Below, piece by piece: positions 1 through 9,675 of a stretch of DNA of 52,603 bases. The translations under genes and the position numbers were made by a program. Numbering within the stretch: the stretch's first letter is position 1; every line of letters starts with the position of its first letter. The notes under the pieces are model-generated. The model saw nothing but the letters and a program-made list of their open reading frames with translations, had not been told where the DNA came from and ran no database searches. This DNA comes from a virus (Duplodnaviria; Caudoviricetes), in IMG/VR virus record IMGVR_UViG_3300021475_000018, positions 1-52,603 of that record; one strand, written 5' to 3'.

Positions 1-114
1 CTGCGATCGGAATACTATTCTGGTGGGCAGGATCAAATCTAGATGCCTCGCGGGAAAAAGCGATTTGGTGCGGGGCTTCCGGATATTTTTCAAGATGTTG
101 AAGGAAGCCTCGTG

Positions 115-285
115 ATGACACAACACAGTCCGTACGCCCAACGCTGGGAAATCGCCGGCCAGCGCGTCAAGGTCATGTACGCGGTCGGCACCGCCATCAC
201 CGAGGACATCGCCGAAGCGCTGCTTTGGCGCAAGTGGTACCCGTCGCTTGGGTTGCGGTGGGTCGTTATCGCGGTGTCGGCATGA
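115..285 (+). CDS. hypothetical protein
   Basis: ATG overlaps the upstream TGA (TGATG); part of a tightly coupled run of small genes. Confidence 0.55.
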   Translation: MTQHSPYAQRWEIAGQRVKVMYAVGTAITEDIAEALLWRKWYPSLGLRWVVIAVSA

Positions 286-428
286 ATGACTTCGGCGGCG
301 GCTTTCTCGCATACGAGCAATTGAAGGATTTGCTTATCGAAGGCACCGCGGTACTGTTTGCCCTTGCTTCGCTCGCGTGTTGCGTCGGAGCGGCTTACTC
401 TCTTTGGAAAGTACTGCGCAATGGATAG
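282..428 (+). CDS. small membrane protein
   Basis: ATGA overlap with the previous gene; one hydrophobic helix (LLIEGTAVLFALASLACCVGAAYSLW). Confidence 0.5.
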   Translation: MNDFGGGFLAYEQLKDLLIEGTAVLFALASLACCVGAAYSLWKVLRNG

Positions 429-720
429 CAAGTATTGGGCTGCCTTGATAATTATCGCAGGTGCCAACTGCGTTTGGGTCGTACTCATGAGCATCGCGTT
501 GCGCCGCCGTCGCTATCCGGCCGTACACAAGATGGTGTTCACGCTGCTGGACGATGCCTACGCGAACGGACATTCCGAACCTGGGGAGCGGTGTCACGGC
601 ATGAGCCCCGACGAAATAGCGTACGATATGACGCTTTACGCGCCGGACTGCGAAAACCTTCGACCGGAGTTTTTGACGCCGTACGTACGTGCATGGATGC
701 AACAAAAAGGGCTCGAATAA
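421..720 (+). CDS. hypothetical protein with N-terminal TM helix
   Basis: Coupled ORF with a hydrophobic N-terminus. Confidence 0.55.
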   Translation: MDSKYWAALIIIAGANCVWVVLMSIALRRRRYPAVHKMVFTLLDDAYANGHSEPGERCHGMSPDEIAYDMTLYAPDCENLRPEFLTPYVRAWMQQKGLE

Positions 721-956
721 TGGACGTACAGGAATTTTCTAAGCTTAGGGTTGACGACGTGATACGGAACGAAATGTCCGGCAGCAACGGCATTGTCGTT
801 GCAGTCGAGAGCATGGGCGTACGGGTGCGTTGGGGCGATGCTGCGCTTGCGGTGCCCGGTATCACGCCAACATTTTTTTATAGCGTGCAGGGCACGGCGT
901 GGTTTCACTGGTCCAAGGTGGCGCAGGATGACGGCGATACTGCGCCGGGCGCGTGA
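720..956 (+). CDS. hypothetical protein (small beta-barrel-like)
   Basis: TAATG coupling; MDVQEFSKLRVDDVIR...GIVVAV...VRVRW. Confidence 0.55.
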   Translation: MDVQEFSKLRVDDVIRNEMSGSNGIVVAVESMGVRVRWGDAALAVPGITPTFFYSVQGTAWFHWSKVAQDDGDTAPGA

Positions 957-1128
957 GCTGCAACCGGGCCACAAGCTGTTTTTCACGCTCGAAACCGTGG
1001 TACGGACGTTTACCGATCGCATGACGCCGGAAGGCTACGTGAACGTGACACTGCAAAAGCCGTGCGGGAAGACTCGGACGGCGGTCTACAAGACCTACAA
1101 GCGAATAAAACTGTACATGGACGCTTGA
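928..1128 (+). CDS. hypothetical protein
   Basis: Fills the gap between coupled genes; plausible composition. Confidence 0.5.
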   Translation: MTAILRRARELQPGHKLFFTLETVVRTFTDRMTPEGYVNVTLQKPCGKTRTAVYKTYKRIKLYMDA

Positions 1129-1181
1129 CAACGTTTAAACGGTGCCCTACAAAGGGCCATCTTAACCCCGCTGGAGAGCGA
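1125..1181 (+). promoter_or_regulatory. sigma70-like promoter plus CCGCTGGAGAGCGA start cassette (copy 1)
   Basis: TTGACA 1125-1130, 17 nt spacer, TACAAA; motif 1168-1181; ATG at 1185. Confidence 0.75.
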
Positions 1182-1184
1182 CCC

Positions 1185-1796
1185 ATGCCCAACAATTTCC
1201 AAACCCGCGAAGAATGGCTTAACTTCGTCATGGACGAAAGCCGCCCCAAGTTCAAAGAGCTGGGCGCCCCTATCCCGGCCAAGATACGCCTGAGCGTTGG
1301 TTTCACGTCGAACGGCTACCGCGGCAAGGCTATCGGCGAGTGCTGGGACAGCAAGGCATCGGGCGACAAGACCTTTGAAATCTTCGTCAAGCCCGATCAA
1401 GACGAAGCCGTACGCGTTGCCGGCATCTTGGTTCACGAGTGCGTGCACGCCGCGGTCGGCATCGACCACGGTCACAAGCGGCCGTTCAAGCGCGTTGCTG
1501 AAGCTCTGGGCCTTGAAGGCAAGATGACAGCGACCACCGAAGGCGCGCTGTTCAAGGAGTGGATTGGGCCGATCTTGAAGAAGGCCGGGCCGCTACCGCA
1601 CAAATCGTTGCGCGCTTACCGCACCAAGAAGAAGCAGGGCACGCGGTTGCTGAAGTGCGAGTGCATAAATTGCGGCTACGTCGTCCGTACGACTGCGAAG
1701 TGGCTGGACACTGCTGGGGCGCCGTTCTGCGGCACCAAGACACACGGCCGGATGATTTGCGAAGAAATCGAAGATGGTGAAGGAGAGGACGAATGA
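1185..1796 (+). CDS. SprT-like zinc metalloprotease with C-terminal Zn ribbon
   Basis: HECVH (HExxH) followed by HGH..F, then CxxC...C...H/C. Confidence 0.75.
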   Translation: MPNNFQTREEWLNFVMDESRPKFKELGAPIPAKIRLSVGFTSNGYRGKAIGECWDSKASGDKTFEIFVKPDQDEAVRVAGILVHECVHAAVGIDHGHKRPFKRVAEALGLEGKMTATTEGALFKEWIGPILKKAGPLPHKSLRAYRTKKKQGTRLLKCECINCGYVVRTTAKWLDTAGAPFCGTKTHGRMICEEIEDGEGEDE

Positions 1797-1996
1797 ACCG
1801 AGCAGTACGGCAACGCCGGCAGGCACACAGACGACGGCTCGCCTTAGGGCGGGCTATGCACCAAGTACGGGCCGCGCGCTGGGGCTGCCACACCCGCGCG
1901 TGGAAGCTTCGCAAGCCGTGGCGCATTCAAATCCCGCGCATGCTGCGCAAGCACGCCAAGCTACTGCATCACACGATGGCCGTTTTGGGGAGCTGA
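1793..1996 (+). CDS. small basic hypothetical protein
   Basis: ATGA overlap; GGAGAGG RBS. Confidence 0.45.
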   Translation: MNRAVRQRRQAHRRRLALGRAMHQVRAARWGCHTRAWKLRKPWRIQIPRMLRKHAKLLHHTMAVLGS

Positions 1997-1997
1997 C

Positions 1998-2306
1998 ATG
2001 GACAAGGCTCTATGCCCCTTCAACTACGCTGGTCAACCGAGTTGCGAATGCTCGCTGCGATGCGCAATATTACAAGGCCAGAAACCGCGTGTACGGGTCA
2101 AAGCGCGCGGTCGAATGATCGGCAACAGTATTCCTTTGGATGCGCAGCCCGGTGATTTGATAGTCGGAAACCGGGGAGCTGCGGCCGTGGTGCAAGAATG
2201 GTGGACATCATCGGGGCTAAGCAGCGTCCTGAACACGCTGCATATCGGCAACGTGAATTACGAGGTCGACCGTAGCACGTATCGGCGGGTATACGATCGC
2301 AGTTGA
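1998..2306 (+). CDS. hypothetical protein
   Basis: GGGGAG RBS; directly follows the previous ORF. Confidence 0.45.
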   Translation: MDKALCPFNYAGQPSCECSLRCAILQGQKPRVRVKARGRMIGNSIPLDAQPGDLIVGNRGAAAVVQEWWTSSGLSSVLNTLHIGNVNYEVDRSTYRRVYDRS

Positions 2307-2358
2307 TAGCCACGCCCCGAACGTGCTATTGTGGGTTCAAATCACGGAGATTTGACCC

Positions 2359-5300
2359 ATGGCCAGCGACGATGCCAGCACGTTCGGCGGTGACAGCGCC
2401 CAAACCACGTTCGGGAGCGGGTTGAACTATATCGGCGGAGGCGGCGCAGACCCGGGGAGCAATGGCGCGGACATACCGCCGGGCTCCCCGGCACCCGTGC
2501 AGCCTGCTCAGGCTCCGCAAGCGTCTCCGTCGTTCGGCAGCATGCTGGGCGGTCCGCGCTACGCGCCCCCGGACCCGAACGCGTCGCCGCTTGACCAGAC
2601 TGCGGACACGCTGCAACAGCGCATTCAACGCGCGAACAGCGTCGCGACCAATCCGATGCTTCAGCTTTTCGACCCCGCTTCGGTGCAGAAAGCCCGGGAC
2701 TTTGTGCCGGCGGCTACGGAGCAGTTGCAGAAAATCAAGCAGCAGAAAGCCGATATCGCAGCGGGCCGCGCCGAAGCATCCAGCTTGGGGCTCAACCCCG
2801 GTGACGCGCCCGACGAAGCCACGCACGACGACAGGGTTTCGGTTGCGGTGAACAAGTCGCTGCAAGGCGATCTGAAGACGTTCAAGGGTCTTTCAGCAAT
2901 CGATCCGCAGCGCGCCGCGTCCATTCAAGATCAGGTACACGAGGCCGCATCTACGCATTTGAACAATGCGCAGCTCGCTTTCGACAGTCTGTCATCCGTA
3001 CCAAATCAGGGCCAGTACACCGCGAAGCTCAATCAGCTTCGCAAAGACGGCACCTTGACCGATTTGGAAGCGCTGGGCCTGAAGCTGCCGGAAAGCTATG
3101 ATGCGTTCAACGCCAGCAAGCCGGCGGAAGGCGAACAGCTTCGGCAAGCGCGCGTCGGAATGGAAAATCTCAAAGCGAAGATTGACGAACGTGGCAACGG
3201 TACGCCGATGTCCGCGGACGAACAGAAGACGTACGCCGGCCGGTTGACCACCGAAAGCGGGCAGGCGATCAACAACGGTACGTGGTCGCGGATCAACGGC
3301 AAGCGCGTGTACACCGTGAACGGTCAAGGCGACATTCGCGACCTGGGGACCAAGTTCAATTACGCCAACGCGGATCAGCGCAAGCAGTTTGGCGAAGAAA
3401 CTGCCGCAGCGGTGCCAAAGACCGACTTGGAAAAAGACCGCAATTTTAACCGCCTCTATTCGATTGCGACGGTGGACGCGAAGGGCAACGCAATCCCGGC
3501 ATCCGGCGCCGTGGATGAAAAAGGCAACCGTACATATTTGAACACCAACCCCAACGTACAGCAAGGCATTGCCGAAGGGCTCGCCAGCATGTTGCGCGGC
3601 GGTTCGGGCGGCGCGACAAGCGGTTTGCTCAATATCGAAACCAGCAAGCGCGGCGCCGTACAAGCCGTTCTGGACAAGATCATTTCGAACTATGCCGGCG
3701 GCGTCAATACGTTGACGGGCGATCAGGTCAAGCCGTACCTGTCGCAGATGACACAAGAGCAAATGCGCTCGGTTATGGACGGATTGAAAGGCTACAACGA
3801 CAAGGCCATGAGCGACCGGCTGGCGCCGATTGCGCAGCGCGCCGGAGAGCTGGGTCTTGATGCGTCGGCGCTGGGGCTGGGCAAAGACGAAGTGAAGGGC
3901 GTCCAAGACGCCATCGAAGCCGGTCGGCAAAGCACGATTGCCCGCTTCACCGCGCGCTCGCGTGCGGTCGGCGGCGGCGATGGCGGTATCTTTCTCGACA
4001 ACCCGCCGCCCGTGCTGGTAACGCATCCGGACCACCCGCCGGGCTCCGTACCGGAAGTGCCGCCGCCCGTACAGGGTCAAGGCGGGGCACCGCAGCCATT
4101 GCCGGGCGCAGCGGGAGGCGGCCAGCCCAGTGGTCCCGGTGGTGGCGGTCCCGGTGGTGGCGGCGGGGGCCCCGGTGGTGGTCCTGCGCCGACGCCCATC
4201 ACAATTGCCGGCCAACCGGTCGCGCCTCGCGTGCCCCCAGGTGGGACGCCCGGTTACTTCCCGGCGATGCAGCGCATCGAAAGCGGCAACGAAAAAACGC
4301 CGTGGACCGCGGGCACGCCAAAGACCAGCGCGAGCGGCGCGTTCCAAATGACGGATGCAACGTGGTTGGAAAACCGTCCTGCCGGCGTGACCGCGATGCG
4401 CGCCAAAGACGCAACGCCGGCACAGCAGACGCAGGCCGCCGAAACGTTGACGGCGAAGAATGCCGGAAAGTTGCAGCAAAACAACCTGCCCGTGAACGAT
4501 GTCAATCTGTACGTCGCGCATAACCTGGGCGCGAACGGTGCTGCGAAGTTGTTGCATGCGGACCCGAATGCCGACGCCCGTATGGTTGTCGGCGACACCG
4601 CTGCGAACAACAATCCGATGTTCTACAAGGGCAGGCCAACGGTTGCGGTAGCGATGCAGCGGTACGCCGCGGAAATGGGCAAAGGCACAAGTGCAGCGAA
4701 GCCGGTTGACATCGCATCGCTGCCCGACGTTGGCGCGGCACCGTGGAACGGCGCAACAACGCCCCAAGGTGACCGCGTGGCGACGCCGGCAGAGCGCGCG
4801 GCCGGACCCGTCGTGAGCAACGCGCCCGCGATCGGCAGCACTGTGGGCAGCATTGCCGGTGCGGTTGGCGGCCCCGCGGGCTCAGTGGCGGGTGGCGCTG
4901 CTGGCGGTGGTGCCGGTCAGGCATTTCAAAGTTGGATGCGCGGCGAAAGCCAAGACCCGGTGAAGATCGCGAAGCAAGCCGCGCTTGGTGGCGTCCTGGG
5001 TATCGCGCCGGAAGCAAGGCCGTTGCTTGGCGCTGCGGCTCGTGTTGGCGGCGCTGCGGCAGTTGATGCCGGCGCGACCGCGGCGCAAGGCGGCAGTACG
5101 GCGGACGTAATCGACAGTGCGGTGGAAGGCGGGAGCTACGCGCTCGGCGGCGAAATGCTGGGGCGCTTCATTTCTGCGCTGGGTCCAGCCGCGCACCGCG
5201 TGTTGTCGAATTACAAGCCAGACGCGCAAGTACAAATGTCGGAAATGGCTGGTAAGCTGTCCGAAGCGCGCAAGACGCTGGAAACGGAGGAACCGAAGAT

Positions 5301-6342
5301 TGCCGGGGCCGCGGGCGCCAGCTCGCCCAATCCGAAGTACGACGCGGCGAAGGCGCAGGAAGAAACCGCAAGCGAATTTATCAAGGCGCACGGGCAAAGC
5401 CCTGAAGATATGGTGTACGCGTACGATCAAGCCAAGCAAGGCGTTTCATCTGGCGAGGCGTTCACAATGCGCCGGGCCAACTCGGAACGCAGCAACGTAT
5501 CGGCTGGTTACAATGAACTGCGCCAGCAAGTGAACGATACCGGCGTCGGGGCGCCGAAGCCGAACCAACCCGTACCGGACGGTCCGGTTGCGCAGCTCCG
5601 TACGGCTGACAACATGACCGGCAGCGTTCCCGAACAATTTCGGCCGCAAGCCGAGCATGCCGAAATGCTGATAAAGGCGCCGGCTCAGAATTGGGGCCAG
5701 AAATGGCAACAATTGCAAGATGCCGGTTCGGAGCTGATTAGGCAGCGAATGGACTTCTTGAACGCGGGAGACAAAACCAGCGCCACGGCAATGAACAACC
5801 TATTCCAAGGCGTACGGAACCAACAAAAGGCGGCGGCCGAATACGTGTTCGGCGCTGATCGCGGCAAAGCGATTATCAGCAATCTGGAAAATCTTGACCA
5901 GCGTTACGCCAAGGTGATGAATGCCACCAATGGCATGAATTACGAGAAGATGCGAGCTACGCTCGCGGCAGGTAACACGCCGGAAGCGCGCGAACTGGAA
6001 AAGAATTTCACCGAATTTGCGAAGGGCGATCCATCGGCAATGCGTGCGTTCAACGCAATGAAGGCCGGCGCGAAAGGCGATTGGAAGTCGGAAGCGGCGT
6101 TGATGACGCCCATCATTGCCGGCGAAGCTGCGACCAACGCCAGCGGCATCCCGACGTTGGGTGCGGTAAGTGCTGCGATCGGCGGGTATCGTCTGTACAA
6201 GATTGCGCAAGGCTACATGAACGCGCGCGTTCTGGGCAAAGCAGTGATGTTCAAAGACTTCTTGGCCAACGAAGTGAAGAATGGTTTTCCGAGCCTCGCC
6301 CAAGGAGCGGCGCAGCGCGGAGCCATACAGGGGGCGCAATAG
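2359..6342 (+). CDS. large internal virion/DNA ejection protein with lytic transglycosylase (lysozyme-like) domain
   Basis: 1327 aa, Ala/Gly/Gln-rich; IESG...SASGAFQMTDATW...YVAHNLG motifs after a Pro/Gly linker. Confidence 0.75.
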   Translation: MASDDASTFGGDSAQTTFGSGLNYIGGGGADPGSNGADIPPGSPAPVQPAQAPQASPSFGSMLGGPRYAPPDPNASPLDQTADTLQQRIQRANSVATNPMLQLFDPASVQKARDFVPAATEQLQKIKQQKADIAAGRAEASSLGLNPGDAPDEATHDDRVSVAVNKSLQGDLKTFKGLSAIDPQRAASIQDQVHEAASTHLNNAQLAFDSLSSVPNQGQYTAKLNQLRKDGTLTDLEALGLKLPESYDAFNASKPAEGEQLRQARVGMENLKAKIDERGNGTPMSADEQKTYAGRLTTESGQAINNGTWSRINGKRVYTVNGQGDIRDLGTKFNYANADQRKQFGEETAAAVPKTDLEKDRNFNRLYSIATVDAKGNAIPASGAVDEKGNRTYLNTNPNVQQGIAEGLASMLRGGSGGATSGLLNIETSKRGAVQAVLDKIISNYAGGVNTLTGDQVKPYLSQMTQEQMRSVMDGLKGYNDKAMSDRLAPIAQRAGELGLDASALGLGKDEVKGVQDAIEAGRQSTIARFTARSRAVGGGDGGIFLDNPPPVLVTHPDHPPGSVPEVPPPVQGQGGAPQPLPGAAGGGQPSGPGGGGPGGGGGGPGGGPAPTPITIAGQPVAPRVPPGGTPGYFPAMQRIESGNEKTPWTAGTPKTSASGAFQMTDATWLENRPAGVTAMRAKDATPAQQTQAAETLTAKNAGKLQQNNLPVNDVNLYVAHNLGANGAAKLLHADPNADARMVVGDTAANNNPMFYKGRPTVAVAMQRYAAEMGKGTSAAKPVDIASLPDVGAAPWNGATTPQGDRVATPAERAAGPVVSNAPAIGSTVGSIAGAVGGPAGSVAGGAAGGGAGQAFQSWMRGESQDPVKIAKQAALGGVLGIAPEARPLLGAAARVGGAAAVDAGATAAQGGSTADVIDSAVEGGSYALGGEMLGRFISALGPAAHRVLSNYKPDAQVQMSEMAGKLSEARKTLETEEPKIAGAAGASSPNPKYDAAKAQEETASEFIKAHGQSPEDMVYAYDQAKQGVSSGEAFTMRRANSERSNVSAGYNELRQQVNDTGVGAPKPNQPVPDGPVAQLRTADNMTGSVPEQFRPQAEHAEMLIKAPAQNWGQKWQQLQDAGSELIRQRMDFLNAGDKTSATAMNNLFQGVRNQQKAAAEYVFGADRGKAIISNLENLDQRYAKVMNATNGMNYEKMRATLAAGNTPEARELEKNFTEFAKGDPSAMRAFNAMKAGAKGDWKSEAALMTPIIAGEAATNASGIPTLGAVSAAIGGYRLYKIAQGYMNARVLGKAVMFKDFLANEVKNGFPSLAQGAAQRGAIQGAQ

Positions 6343-6471
6343 TGGCACGACCAAAAGGGGCCAAGACAGCGCGAACCGAAGCGGAGCGCGCGGCGGTGCA
6401 GGAACGCGAGCGCAAGCGGCAACGCAGATACCAAAAGAGGCGTTACGCACGTAGGAAATTGGAGCGCAATA

Positions 6472-6759
6472 ATGGCACGCAACGAACAGCACATGCATTT
6501 GCCGCTAATTGATCGGCTAGCGGAGCAGTTGAAAGACAGCGGCACGCCGAGCCACACAGCGCGAGACATGGCGTTATCAATTTTACGTGACCGCGGACAC
6601 GTACACACCAACTCCGAACAGCTCACGGCCGAAGGTGCGCGGCGCGATCAGATGGGAGCCGCCGGCAGGGCGATTGACCGCGCTTCGAAGGCGAGCGGCA
6701 AGCCAGCGGAGCATTACGAATATGACACGAAGATCAATCGCGCCGTACTTAAGAGGTAG
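6472..6759 (+). CDS. hypothetical phage protein
   Basis: GGAG RBS; 95 aa. Confidence 0.6.
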   Translation: MARNEQHMHLPLIDRLAEQLKDSGTPSHTARDMALSILRDRGHVHTNSEQLTAEGARRDQMGAAGRAIDRASKASGKPAEHYEYDTKINRAVLKR

Positions 6760-6770
6760 AACGTTTAAAC

Positions 6771-7091
6771 GTGTCGTTATTTCCGTGGCTCAATCAACCA
6801 CCGCCAACGCTCAAAGAGTTGACGCCACGGGAGCGCATGCTCGAACGGCTCAAATTCGGAGTACCGCTGGAGCTTGTGGCCCGTGCGGCCGGACTTCGTC
6901 CGGAAACTTTGAAGGAAGACCCGGAAGTTGACAAGGCGATGGCCGAAGGCGAGATTTTGTTGTTCGAACGCGCGCGAGACAGCAGCGTGACGGGTATCGT
7001 ACGGGCCGCTATGCGTCGGGAAGCGGAGAGCTGGCTGCCCAAGGCGGAACCCAGTTCGGCGGGTTCGCTGGAGGATTTGCTGCGGGACTAG
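6771..7091 (+). CDS. HTH protein, possible terminase small subunit
   Basis: GVPLELVARAAGLRPETL HTH-like segment followed by helices; size fits TerS. It is not adjacent to TerL. Confidence 0.4.
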   Translation: MSLFPWLNQPPPTLKELTPRERMLERLKFGVPLELVARAAGLRPETLKEDPEVDKAMAEGEILLFERARDSSVTGIVRAAMRREAESWLPKAEPSSAGSLEDLLRD

Positions 7092-7203
7092 CTGAATAAT
7101 GTTTGTGCGGCTTAAAGTCCGCATTCATCCATGGCGCGCGGTTATTCGCGTCCCGTTTCAAACATGCCGGGATACCCGCGTCATCTTCCCAGGGTAGCGC
7201 CAT
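7009..7203 (-). CDS. small Pro/Trp-rich peptide (three PW motifs; DDAGIPACLKR)
   Basis: GGAG RBS upstream; its 3' end overlaps the 6771-7091 gene in antisense. Confidence 0.55.
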   Translation of the reverse strand: MALPWEDDAGIPACLKRDANNRAPWMNADFKPHKHYSASPAANPPANPPNWVPPWAASSPLPDA

Positions 7204-7260
7204 TTCAGTGCTCCGTATTTGTGTGCTGCCGACAATCGTACGCCGGCAGCACGAGTATTT

Positions 7261-7407
7261 TTAGCGCATATACACAATGCGTTGCGGTTTTGCCGTTACC
7301 GCATTTTGCCAACCGACGATATCAGATGCCGTCAAGATTACGAGCCCCAGCACGACAACGGCGCCGAAACTTAGCAACATTCCTACAAGCAAGCGTGCGA
7401 GCACCAT
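7261..7407 (-). CDS. 48-aa single-pass membrane protein (not in the ORF track)
   Basis: AAGGAGG RBS; MVLARLLVGMLLSFGAVVVLGLVILTASDIVGWQNAVTAKPQRIVYMR. Confidence 0.65.
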   Translation of the reverse strand: MVLARLLVGMLLSFGAVVVLGLVILTASDIVGWQNAVTAKPQRIVYMR

Positions 7408-7424
7408 TTCAACCTCCTTTGCGT

Positions 7425-7620
7425 GTTGTACACATTTTTCTGTACAAACGTAGTATGTACAGCGCTGTACACATAGTTCCGTACAAGGAACATGTCAAGC
7501 CGCTACATTTAGACCCCCGTGTCATACATCTACAAAATGTAGTACAAGCCCCTTGATGTATGACAATTTGGCGTGTTATCGGTGATTTGGTGAAGATTTC
7601 CAACCGGGCCCATAGGAGGC
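7425..7620. promoter_or_regulatory. divergent promoter region with TGTACA cluster and TGTATGACA inverted repeat
   Basis: Leftward TTGACA at 7493-7498; TGTACA at 7427, 7441, 7456, 7466; 11-bp inverted repeat 7520-7530/7555-7565. Confidence 0.65.
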
Positions 7621-7626
7621 TATACC

Positions 7627-8364
7627 GTGCAAATTGTTAACCAGCCCATCTTGGGCGGCGGTTTCCGCCACTACTCAGGTTTGCTGCCTGCCATCAACGC
7701 AGCCGGCGACCCCTTCCACGCTTCTGTGAGGCTTTTCCACGTCCCGGCTGCGGACACCAACGCGATGTTCCGCGGAGATATCGCCGTTTCGTCATCGGGC
7801 GCGATTGGCACCCAAGGCGGTGCGGACAATCCGGCCAACATCGGACCGCCGGCCGCAACGCCGGCAACGACCGTCATCGGCAACGGCGGCGGCTCAGGTC
7901 TAGGCAACCAATCGATTGCGCCCAATATCACGCGCTGGGTGCCCGCCGATACTACGTCGCTGATTGTCGGTGCCATCGTCGGCTTCGGTCCGATCACGCT
8001 GTACATGGCCAAGAACGGCTTCCAGTACAAGCCGGCGAGTTTCGAAGCATGGTTCTGGGTGGAGACGGACCCGGCCATGGAATTTACCGCAACCGTACCC
8101 ACCGTGCCCGGCACTGCATTCAATTTGCAGCTCATGGATGGCATCGACGTGAAAGCCAACGCCGGCTTTCAATCGACGCGCTTCGGTATTTCGGGCCTGT
8201 CGCTGGACCCTGCCACCATCGCGACCACGGCTACGCTGCCCCTGCGCATCTTGGGTTCGGGCGAGCAGATCGGCAACGACCCAACTTCGCCGGGTTTCGT
8301 TGCCAAGGTGACTTTCAACAAAAGCCGCCACGCATTCGCCAACGGCGCGTTCGTCGCCGACTAA
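7627..8364 (+). CDS. putative capsid decoration/minor head protein
   Basis: GGAGG RBS; beta-rich protein resembling those that usually precede this type of major capsid gene (recognised from memory). Confidence 0.5.
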   Translation: MQIVNQPILGGGFRHYSGLLPAINAAGDPFHASVRLFHVPAADTNAMFRGDIAVSSSGAIGTQGGADNPANIGPPAATPATTVIGNGGGSGLGNQSIAPNITRWVPADTTSLIVGAIVGFGPITLYMAKNGFQYKPASFEAWFWVETDPAMEFTATVPTVPGTAFNLQLMDGIDVKANAGFQSTRFGISGLSLDPATIATTATLPLRILGSGEQIGNDPTSPGFVAKVTFNKSRHAFANGAFVAD

Positions 8365-8404
8365 CAGCCCGTCAACCGTAACGTTGAAACGAGGATACAG
8401 GACA

Positions 8405-8983
8405 ATGAAGGAATTTCTTTCCAAGCTGAAGGGCGCAGCGATCGCGGTTGCGGCCGTCGTTGCTTTGATGCTGCCGACCGGTGGCGCTTTGGCCCAGACC
8501 ATCACCGCGCTCCCAAACAACGTCATCATCAACAGCGTTCTGGACATGGGCAACGGCCCCATGGAACTGAAGGTGCTGCAAGGCAACGGGTGGTTGTTCA
8601 CTGCGCAGGGTGCCGGCGTCGGCTCCACGTCGGGTTCGTCCACCACGTTGACGCTCACGGCGACCGCCGCTGCGGACCCGCCATGTGTAGGTTGCGAAAT
8701 TTCCGGCGCCGGCATCACGTCGGGCACCACCGTGGCAGCGTTCAACGGCACCACCACCATCACGCTCTCCGCGGCGATGACGGTTGCGGCGTCCACCCCG
8801 CTTGCATGGGGAATGGCCTGCCCGACCTTCGCAGCGCTGTCCGGCCTGCCCCCGGTACCAAATGTCGGATTGCCGGCTGCCGGCGGCGGTGACTTGCCGC
8901 TGTACACGCAGGCACGGGTCTGTCTTTTGGCGCAGAACGGTCCCGGCCTTACCGTGCTGCCCTTCCCGATCGGCGCGCACTAG
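8405..8983 (+). CDS. signal-peptide-bearing Thr/Gly-rich protein
   Basis: MKEFLSKLKG-hydrophobic-ALA|Q; 4 Cys; ISGAGITSGTTV...TITLS adhesin/fibre-like repeat. Confidence 0.7.
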   Translation: MKEFLSKLKGAAIAVAAVVALMLPTGGALAQTITALPNNVIINSVLDMGNGPMELKVLQGNGWLFTAQGAGVGSTSGSSTTLTLTATAAADPPCVGCEISGAGITSGTTVAAFNGTTTITLSAAMTVAASTPLAWGMACPTFAALSGLPPVPNVGLPAAGGGDLPLYTQARVCLLAQNGPGLTVLPFPIGAH

Positions 8984-8996
8984 CAGCGCTTAGCGG

Positions 8997-9020
8997 CCGG
9001 GGGCTTCGGCTCCCGGTTTT
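8997..9020 (+). terminator. intrinsic terminator
   Basis: CCGGGGGC-TTCG-GCTCCCGG-TTTT. Confidence 0.65.
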
Positions 9021-9044
9021 ACTTTCAACCGGAGGACTGCTTCC

Positions 9045-9338
9045 ATGCGTAAATATTTCGCTTGCGCGCTCGCGATGTCGCTTGCTTTCTCCGCTCCGAT
9101 CGCGGTTGCGGCGCAGACTTCTAAGCAGGGCATGCCAACCATTCACGTTCCGTACAGCGGCGCGGTCAAGGTGCCCTTCATGACGACTGCGCAGCTTCCG
9201 ATTTGCGATAGCTTCAACATCGGCATCATTCTTGGCGTCACCGATGCAACGACGCCGACGTACAACGGTGCGCTGACCGGCGGCAGCAACGTTGCCGTGC
9301 TTGTCGTGTGCAACGGTGCTGCTTGGAAATCGATGTAG
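9045..9338 (+). CDS. small signal-peptide-bearing protein
   Basis: GGAGG RBS; MRKYFACALAMSLAFSAPIAVAA|Q; 2 Cys in the mature part. Confidence 0.7.
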   Translation: MRKYFACALAMSLAFSAPIAVAAQTSKQGMPTIHVPYSGAVKVPFMTTAQLPICDSFNIGIILGVTDATTPTYNGALTGGSNVAVLVVCNGAAWKSM

Positions 9339-9353
9339 CAAGGAGCTGCCGCC

Positions 9354-9671
9354 GTGGCTATGAACCCCATCGTTTCCGTTCCGCGCGACTATCAGCAATG
9401 GTCGAACAACGTCATTCCGGTTATCGACTTTCCGTGCAAAGCCGGTGTGTACACGTTCACAGCGACGGCGACGGCTTGGGGTACGGCGCAGCTTCAGCGC
9501 ATGGTCGCGGACCCCGTACTAGGCGCCGAGTATATCAACATCGGCGCCGCGATTGTGGCCAATGGCATGACCGAGTACCACTTGGCGGCGGGGCAGTATC
9601 ATTGGGCCATCGCGGGAACGACTGGCTTTTCCGGCGTGTTCGAACGTACGGGTTCGTGGGCAGGAAGGTAG
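9354..9671 (+). CDS. putative virion protein
   Basis: AAGGAG RBS; beta-rich. Confidence 0.6.
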   Translation: MAMNPIVSVPRDYQQWSNNVIPVIDFPCKAGVYTFTATATAWGTAQLQRMVADPVLGAEYINIGAAIVANGMTEYHLAAGQYHWAIAGTTGFSGVFERTGSWAGR

Positions 9672-9675
9672 TTGA

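Noticed and set aside
4125-4185. GGTCCCGGTGGTGGC tandem-like repeats
   Set aside because: They encode a Gly/Pro linker; not a CRISPR array or DNA element.
2992-4767. Long antisense ORFs (591 aa here; also 27652-28662, 39230-40393, 7900-8907)
   Set aside because: Shadows of GC-biased real genes on the other strand; no motifs or RBS.
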